From assembly GCA_963667035.1 (NCBI GenBank), contig OY762964.1, positions 64,001-128,000 on the forward strand: 64,000 bases of DNA. The letters are read 5' to 3'. The position numbers and the translations under genes were made by a program. A model generated the notes under the pieces. The model saw only the letters and a program-made list of their open reading frames with translations, made no database searches and was not told where the DNA came from. Below, piece by piece: positions 57,693 to 64,000 of the stretch (its first letter is position 1; the number at the start of each line of letters is the position of its first letter). Source of the DNA: Candidatus Cloacimonadales bacterium (lineage in GTDB: Bacteria > Cloacimonadota > Cloacimonadia > Cloacimonadales > JAFGVF01).

Positions 57693-60275
57693 TTATTTCA
57701 TTAATATCATCTTTTTTGTCGAAGTAACATTGCTTGTCTCAAGACGATAGAAATATACTCCTGAAGCTACTGCTTGCTCATTTCTATCTCTTCCGTTCCA
57801 TACAATACTATGCTCTCCTTGAGTGAATACTTCGTTAGCAATTATGTTTACTAATTCACCTTTGAGGTTGTAGATGGAAATCTTAGCATTCTCATTGTCT
57901 TTACTGATAGTGAAGCTAATTGTAGTTTCCGGATTGAATGGATTGGGATAGTTACCATTTAAAGATGTTTTCAAGAGAGTAGGCTGAGTATTGTCATCAG
58001 CCGCTTCATAGCTAACTATAATAGTGTTACTATGTTCAGTTTCGTATGTATTGTTAAAAGCTGTAACTGATATTTCAAATGTAGGTCTTCCGATAGGAAT
58101 TGGAATCATATATTCACGTTCAGAAAAATCAACTTCTTCTGTACCAAAAAGATCATTATAAATTCTATAACCGGTAAACTCTTGACCATCAAGTATTGGA
58201 GCATCCCATCTAACATAGCCATTGTCTTCTCTTAAATTCCATGGATGAGTTTCACCTTCAACTCTATCGTAAAACCAGATATTCCCGCTAATTAATGGAA
58301 GGGTAGTATCATCTGCGGTAATGTTCGCATCAATCAAGTCAATACCAAATCCAAAGTAGTTATCGTAGTATTCTCTTATTGAAGCTAAACCGACACCTTC
58401 TACAAGATAATACTCTTCTATTGCATCATCGGTTTCGGTTACAATAACATTAGCTACTCTCGGAGTTCCAAGAACATCAAGAGTTTCCTGCCTATCAATC
58501 TCAGCATCTTGATAAGTGGCCCCGGAAATAGAATCATAATCTTCTATCATCTGCCAAGTATTACCGACTTGAGTATTTAAGGTTTTAAAGAACTTATTTT
58601 CCTCAACATTGTATTCATTGTTTTCCCAACCGTTTGACCAGACACTCTCTCCTGCTATTGAAAGATAATCACCATCCTGATAGAAGTATTGATAATATGG
58701 CTCGGCAATATAGTTAAGTCCGGTTATAAACTTATAGGAAGGGATTGAGAACTGATTAGATACTTCTCCCACAGCCAAGAAAGGAGGTAGGAAATCATCC
58801 TCAACATTAATGGTAATCTCTAATGTCTCCATATCAGGAGTAACTGTGAATATAGTCGGCTCTAACTGTGTTCCATATACTCCCATTCCAACAACACCGT
58901 CATCATAATTATATGCCTGACAGTAACCAAAATATGAACCTTCGGGTAAACCACTGATATAAAATATAGTAGATTCTTCGATAGTCTCTGTTTGAGAATT
59001 CATATCATCTAAAGAAACTATTACTCCATAGACAACATCATAAAGATTGGGATCCAAGTTTAAGTTAACGGTAAGCACAACTTGTGGTTCATTTCCAGTT
59101 GCAATCGGGTCAAAAACAACAATAGACATTCCGGCAATATCATTACCGTCGTGTATTGTCTGGGAAATGACTGTTGAATCATCTGAAATCCAGTAGTTAT
59201 TCTGAGCCATTATTTGTCCGCCGCTTGTTTGATTAACATATACGGAGTTGTTATTGTTGGTCATGTCAAAATTGTCACCGAATGTGTTAAGACCTTGGAT
59301 AGGATTAACCGAATCACTTAGATCACCAAGATTAGGGAACGCTCCGGCCGTAACATAAACTCCGGTAAAATTACCTTCAAACAAGTTACGACTTATGTAA
59401 GGAATTGCTCTTGAGCCGTAGCACATAACACCGGCTCCTGAATTCGCATCACCTGCAATAAAGTTGTCCACAATCTCATTATTAATGAGGTTTCCACCTG
59501 CATTATAGAAGTATACACCGGTGAGATTATGGGATATTTCGTTATCTTCAATTGTTGCATTAAGAGTAACATTACCAAACATATCAACACTTGTGACACC
59601 TTGTTTGAAATTGTTGGTTATCAGGTTATTGGTTATAACAGGAGAGCAAACAGCACCACCGGTCTGGGCACTTATCTGAATAGCTCCTCTATACTGAGAA
59701 CCTGTTCCATTATATGAAATCTCATTGTTTTCAATCAAGACATTACTATTCTCTGTTAGCTCAATACCACTCATTACCGAGTATTCAATCAAGTTACCGG
59801 CAATATGAACATTAGCGGGAGTAGTAGCTCCGATAGCAAACAAGTCAATAGCTGTTTCATTGTTTGTCAGTCTACTGTTATATACTTGAACGGGTGAGTT
59901 AATTGAATGAATAGCATTCTCAGCACCTTCAATGAAACAGTAGTTAAATGTGTTATGGAATCCTGTTCCTTCGCTTTCCAGTCTAATGCCTCCCCAGAAA
60001 TCGGTAACATTCTCCTCTCTCTCAAATCTTACAGAATCTGTTTCGGTACCGTTTACGGCTATTATACCTTCAACAGTTATTTCATAAGCACCGTTAATTA
60101 TAACATTAACACCTGATTCAACAGTTAGTGTTTGATTTGCAGGAACGGTAATCTCTCCAACAACTTCATAAGGATTGTTCTCAGAGGTCCAGGTTCCGCT
60201 TTGATTTCCGGATACCTGTATCGCAATGATTGGGATAGTTAATAAACAAAGAAACAAAACAATAAACTTTTTCAT
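57693..60275 (-). CDS. Secreted beta-helix repeat protein with FlgD/T9SS-like C-terminus
   Basis: MKKFIV signal; VSGNQSGTWTSENNPY; I.NN.I..N beta-helix repeats; GNYPNPFNPET...VASGVYFY..KKMILMK. Confidence 0.85.
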   Translation of the reverse strand: MKKFIVLFLCLLTIPIIAIQVSGNQSGTWTSENNPYEVVGEITVPANQTLTVESGVNVIINGAYEITVEGIIAVNGTETDSVRFEREENVTDFWGGIRLESEGTGFHNTFNYCFIEGAENAIHSINSPVQVYNSRLTNNETAIDLFAIGATTPANVHIAGNLIEYSVMSGIELTENSNVLIENNEISYNGTGSQYRGAIQISAQTGGAVCSPVITNNLITNNFKQGVTSVDMFGNVTLNATIEDNEISHNLTGVYFYNAGGNLINNEIVDNFIAGDANSGAGVMCYGSRAIPYISRNLFEGNFTGVYVTAGAFPNLGDLSDSVNPIQGLNTFGDNFDMTNNNNSVYVNQTSGGQIMAQNNYWISDDSTVISQTIHDGNDIAGMSIVVFDPIATGNEPQVVLTVNLNLDPNLYDVVYGVIVSLDDMNSQTETIEESTIFYISGLPEGSYFGYCQAYNYDDGVVGMGVYGTQLEPTIFTVTPDMETLEITINVEDDFLPPFLAVGEVSNQFSIPSYKFITGLNYIAEPYYQYFYQDGDYLSIAGESVWSNGWENNEYNVEENKFFKTLNTQVGNTWQMIEDYDSISGATYQDAEIDRQETLDVLGTPRVANVIVTETDDAIEEYYLVEGVGLASIREYYDNYFGFGIDLIDANITADDTTLPLISGNIWFYDRVEGETHPWNLREDNGYVRWDAPILDGQEFTGYRIYNDLFGTEEVDFSEREYMIPIPIGRPTFEISVTAFNNTYETEHSNTIIVSYEAADDNTQPTLLKTSLNGNYPNPFNPETTISFTISKDNENAKISIYNLKGELVNIIANEVFTQGEHSIVWNGRDRNEQAVASGVYFYRLETSNVTSTKKMILMK

Positions 60276-60452
60276 AGTCTCTCTCCAATTACTAAATTTA
60301 GCGGTTAAACATGTTAACCATATTATCAAGTCAAGCAAATTGAATCTGCTTATACAGTAACTTTATGCAATACCTAATAGGAATAGTTATGAAATAAAAG
60401 TCAATCTAATTCGTAACGAAAAAGAGAGAAATGAATAGAGGAATCTTTCCCG

Positions 60453-60910
60453 TATCTTTAGTCACCTCGCATTACTAAAAGTTAATTGTTTAGTTATCGC
60501 CACAGGAGTTAATACGTTAGACTGTTATGTACTAAACATTTATTGAGAGACCCATTCGACGAGTTGATTATTCTCAGGTTGACTCGCCATCTCTTTATTT
60601 CATTTTACTCGCCTTTACTTTCCCCTCCGACCACAGATTTTTTACAAGTTTCTCTCTCATTTTTCTCCCGTTTCTATCTCGTTGCGAGCAACGGGAGAGC
60701 AACGGGAGACCAACGGGAGACCAACGGGAGACCAACGGGAGACTAACCCGAGAGAAACCCGTGGTTGGCGGTCGCCCAAAAGGATTCATGAAAGCGACAA
60801 AAATGGGATAGAATTAGGAGTGAATTGGGAGGTAGTAAAAAGAAAAGTGTGAAGACCGGATAATTAAATAAAGCATAACAAAAACAATAAAACGAAGGTT
60901 TATACACACA
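60453..60910 (+). repeat. Dispersed ~460-bp element copy B (5x caacgggagac, includes IS256-like end)
   Basis: Inverted homolog of 32724-33185; 11-bp units at 60689-60743. Confidence 0.85.
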
Positions 60911-61056
60911 AATATTAAATTCAAGAAAACAAATCCGAAATGAGACTTAAGGTATGCCAATAATAACTTTGCTCTTCCCCGAAACAGCAAAACGCAGTAT
61001 AGTACCTTTGTAAATATAATATTGACAATAGATTCAGCTTTAACTAGTTGACTATC

Positions 61057-61102
61057 AGGTGATGGAGTTCGCCTTTAACCGCTATATGCTGATGACTCCT
61101 GT
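61057..61102 (+). ncRNA. Fluoride riboswitch (crcB motif)
   Basis: GGTGATGGAGTTCGCC-TTTAACCGC-TATAT-GCTGATGACTCCT fits the crcB consensus with GGAGT/ACTCC pseudoknot; TTGACA at 61022. Confidence 0.9.
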
Positions 61103-61127
61103 TTAAATTTAGTAATAGGAGAATTAT

Positions 61128-62315
61128 ATGAGCATCAGTTTAATCATTGCAATCATTGTTCTGGGAGGATGGCTTTCCGGAAAGCTCTTCACGAAAGCAA
61201 AGCTTCCTCACATACTTGGTATGCTTATCTGGGGATTAATAGTATCCGCTCTTTGGAAAGAGAAGATTCCCGCATCATTAAACGAAATCTCCCCCTTCTT
61301 TAAATCTTTGGCATTAATTGTAATTTTATTACGAGCAGGTTTGGGAATTAACAGACAAATGCTAAACAAAATAGGGTTACCCGCTGTTTTAATGGGTTTT
61401 ATACCATGTTTAACCGAAGCAATTGCCTTGATATTCGCCTTTAAATTTCTAATGGGATGGAGCTATAGCGTATCAGCATTAACCGCCTTTATGCTGTCAG
61501 CTGTATCTCCCGCAGTGGTCGTACCTACAATGCTAAGCTTAAAAGAACAAGGTCTTGGAGCAAAAAAGGAAGTTCCGACCTTGATTCTTGCAGGAGCTTC
61601 ACTGGACGATGTGATAGCCTTTACCTTCTTCACATTAAGTCTTAACTTCATCACAACCGGAAACGGAAGAATCCTGAAAAGCCTTATTAGTATTCCCTAT
61701 GCTATTGGTATTGGAATTCTCTCAGGAATACTACTGGGAATACTTCTCTTGAAGATATACAAACATAGTATGCATCGAATAAAATCAACCGAAAGAGTAC
61801 TGATATTAATGACTTTGTCCTTTCTCCTCCTTGAGTTCGGTAACTGGATTCATATTGCAGCTCTACTTGGAACTATGACAACCGGATTCATCATCTTCGA
61901 GTATGAGAACGAGATTGCCAAGGAATTATCGGTAAAGTTAAGCAAATGGTGGATAATAGCCGAAGTTATTCTATTTGTATTAATAGGTATCAATGTAGAA
62001 CCGAAATATATTGTTTCAGCCGGATTCAAGGGATTGGGCATTATTGGATTAGGACTCATTTTCCGCTCGATAGGAGTGCTTATAGCAACTGCCTTCTCAG
62101 GTTTAAACTCCAGAGAAAAGCTTTTCTGCGTACTTGCATACTTACCTAAAGCAACTGTACAAGCAGCTCTTGGTTCTGTCCCTTTAGCAATGGGCATTGT
62201 CGAAGGTGAGATGATATTGGCAATAGCAGTACTCGCAATAATGGTGACAGCTCCATTAGGCTTATTCCTGATACAGGTATTCGGTAAAAGGTTATTAGAA
62301 GATAATCGGAGTTAG
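61128..62315 (+). CDS. Cation:proton antiporter (CPA1, NhaP/SLC9B-like)
   Basis: ALIVILLRAGL, SAVSPAVVVP, ASLDDV, AYLPKATVQAA, TAPLG. Confidence 0.9.
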   Translation: MSISLIIAIIVLGGWLSGKLFTKAKLPHILGMLIWGLIVSALWKEKIPASLNEISPFFKSLALIVILLRAGLGINRQMLNKIGLPAVLMGFIPCLTEAIALIFAFKFLMGWSYSVSALTAFMLSAVSPAVVVPTMLSLKEQGLGAKKEVPTLILAGASLDDVIAFTFFTLSLNFITTGNGRILKSLISIPYAIGIGILSGILLGILLLKIYKHSMHRIKSTERVLILMTLSFLLLEFGNWIHIAALLGTMTTGFIIFEYENEIAKELSVKLSKWWIIAEVILFVLIGINVEPKYIVSAGFKGLGIIGLGLIFRSIGVLIATAFSGLNSREKLFCVLAYLPKATVQAALGSVPLAMGIVEGEMILAIAVLAIMVTAPLGLFLIQVFGKRLLEDNRS

Positions 62316-62321
62316 GATTTT

Positions 62322-63789
62322 CAAGCATCCCCCCGAAATTTAGAATAATGGTCATAATAAGTGACTGAAAAAGTGGTAATTTAAGTATAAAAATAGTCAA
62401 GAAAAAGCTTGAAAAGAGTGAGTCCCTATTTATTGTTGTTACGCTTAAAATAAAACAAAAGGAACTCACTATATGGAACTATCAATAATAAAAAAGCATA
62501 ATCTGCAAGCTAAATTTTCAAAATTCATCAACAAAGTCACACATAGCTGTACTATCAAAGAGAAGAAATTTGTAAAAGAGCTTGTCAGTGGCATTTTGAA
62601 ATCCGGTAGTTGTATAATCAGAAGGATTGCAATGAGCCATGAAGTGAATATCTCATTAGAAAAGCTCTGCGAACGATATCGTCGTCATTTATCAAAACCT
62701 GAGTTGTACAAAAATCTATCAAATATTCATCTGATTTGTGAAAGCAAGAAGATAGCATCTTATGACCTGATAGTCATTGATCCCAGCGACATAATGAAAA
62801 GCCATTCAAAGAAGATGGAAGGATTAACCAGAGTTAGAGACGGCAGTACAGGCGAGTGGTGTAACGGTTATGAAGTATTAGATATAATCAGAGTATCAAA
62901 AGAAGGTCATTCGCTTGAGATACGTCCTCTTGTGTCTGAATTGCATACTAACGACGAAGATCCGGGCATACTGAAACAGTCTGTGTTTGATCGGATCAAT
63001 GATATTCAGGTGTATTCAGGAAATAAAGGGATATATGTAATGGATAGAGGTTATGATGATAAGGTAGTAATCAACTATTTAACAGAGAATGAGGCTTCAT
63101 ATATCATTCGCGTCAAAGGTAATCGTAACCTTTATGTAAATGGTAAGGAAATATCATTTAAGAAAGCTACTAAACATGTGAAATTGAAGTATAGAATCCA
63201 ATCCGGTAATGCAACTCTTATCGCCGGAGTAATCAGAGTTGGAGTGCCAGTTGATGCTCATCACAAGAAAAAGGCAACACTTGTTTATTCTAACCTTGTC
63301 GTTGCCCGTTATATTAAGAAAGACGAATCAGGAAAAGATTGCCTCAAAGGTTTTTTCTATTTGAACTGTGATTTTCCAAATCGAGACCTTAGTGATTTGG
63401 AGTTGATAACAACTGCAATAAGAGGGTATCGTCTCCGCTGGAAAGTAGAAGAAGTACACCGTCATGTGAAGCAGGAGTATTCGTGGGAAGATATGCAGGT
63501 TATGACATTGGACAGGTTAAGAAATCTGAACTGCATGTTATTATTGGCAGTCAGTTATCTTTATTCTTTGGATAAGTATCGATACGACTTTGCGGAAATG
63601 TATCAACACATTATGCTTAGTAAAAAGAGTAATCTAAAGGAATTATGTAAGTTTATCTACTACAGACTATCGGTTGTTGTTAAAAATCTATTCAGAGATT
63701 GGAAGCATTACTTTGTTCCAAAGTATCAAGGTTGTCATGCAGAATGGGAGCAGATGACATGCTTATGATAAAAAACGGGGGGATGCCAG
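62322..63789 (+). mobile_element. Complete IS4-superfamily insertion sequence
   Basis: Imperfect TIRs caagcatccccccg / cggggggatgccag; 11-bp target duplication gttaggatttt at 62311-62321 and 63790-63800. Confidence 0.92.
62473..63768 (+). CDS. DDE transposase (IS4-like)
   Basis: VIDPSD, VMDRGYD, YIIRVK, YRLRWKVEEVHRHVK (YREK signature). Confidence 0.92.
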   Translation: MELSIIKKHNLQAKFSKFINKVTHSCTIKEKKFVKELVSGILKSGSCIIRRIAMSHEVNISLEKLCERYRRHLSKPELYKNLSNIHLICESKKIASYDLIVIDPSDIMKSHSKKMEGLTRVRDGSTGEWCNGYEVLDIIRVSKEGHSLEIRPLVSELHTNDEDPGILKQSVFDRINDIQVYSGNKGIYVMDRGYDDKVVINYLTENEASYIIRVKGNRNLYVNGKEISFKKATKHVKLKYRIQSGNATLIAGVIRVGVPVDAHHKKKATLVYSNLVVARYIKKDESGKDCLKGFFYLNCDFPNRDLSDLELITTAIRGYRLRWKVEEVHRHVKQEYSWEDMQVMTLDRLRNLNCMLLLAVSYLYSLDKYRYDFAEMYQHIMLSKKSNLKELCKFIYYRLSVVVKNLFRDWKHYFVPKYQGCHAEWEQMTCL

Positions 63790-63858
63790 GTTAGGATTTT
63801 TCGTTGACATTATTCATATATTAGCTATTTGATGATTATCTTGAGATGAGGAGTGTAC

Positions 63859-64000
63859 TTGTTTAAATTTCTAAAAAAGAAAAAAGAAACAGAGTTTAAT
63901 CCGTCAATTGCAATAAAACTTCTAGCTGAACTAACAGAACTTTTAAAAGAAATACAGATAAACAGTTGGCTAACAGATGGAACTCTGCTGGGTTGGTATA
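63859..64000 (+). CDS. LicD-family nucleotidyltransferase (3' partial)
   Basis: GAGGAG RBS and TTG start; ...SWLTDGTLLGWY at window end. Confidence 0.7.
   Translation, partial: MFKFLKKKKETEFNPSIAIKLLAELTELLKEIQINSWLTDGTLLGWY

Noticed and set aside
60689..60743. Tandem repeats as a CRISPR array
   Set aside because: 11-bp units with no spacers, and no cas genes in the window
868..62197. Numerous 60-150-aa ORFs overlapping long genes
   Set aside because: Antisense or alternate-frame shadows of well-supported CDSs with no recognisable motifs
62146..62469. Antisense ORF at the IS left end (also 52729-52929)
   Set aside because: Identical only within the IS and runs into unrelated flanks; shadow ORF

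Overview
AT-rich bacterial chromosomal window. Several secreted proteins end in an NYPNPFNP...FlgD-Ig/T9SS-like sorting domain, which suggests Cloacimonadota or a related FCB lineage (inference). Housekeeping loci are glnS, rpmB, gldA and tmRNA (ssrA, tag ANDNFAFAA). Accessory content: (1) a tightly packed 7-gene minus-strand operon (6061-12793) with two unknown proteins, a 2-TM protein, a NitT/TauT-type ABC transporter and a B12-binding radical SAM enzyme with an unusual CX8CX2C motif; (2) an APH-like phosphotransferase/RIO1 kinase fusion behind what looks like a complete leader-peptide attenuator; (3) a patchwork of resistance/defence-like singletons (GNATs, GIY-YIG-DUF4357, YerI-like kinase, TerB, four-helix bundle, OLD-like ATPase-TOPRIM plus membrane partner, GyrI-like) with duplicated gene-end fragments and REP-like hairpins; (4) a ~18 kb beta-1,3-glucan utilisation locus (GH16, MFS with inserted domain, GH30, GH17, two multi-repeat binding proteins, GH161-type phosphorylase, GntR/LacI regulator) with no SusC/D in view; (5) a GlmL/MutL-like fusion, a fluoride riboswitch controlling a CPA1 antiporter, one intact IS4-like element with an 11-bp target duplication, IS200 and IS256 remnants, and two dispersed repeat families with 11-bp periodicity. 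All family calls come from motif recognition by eye; no database searches were run.
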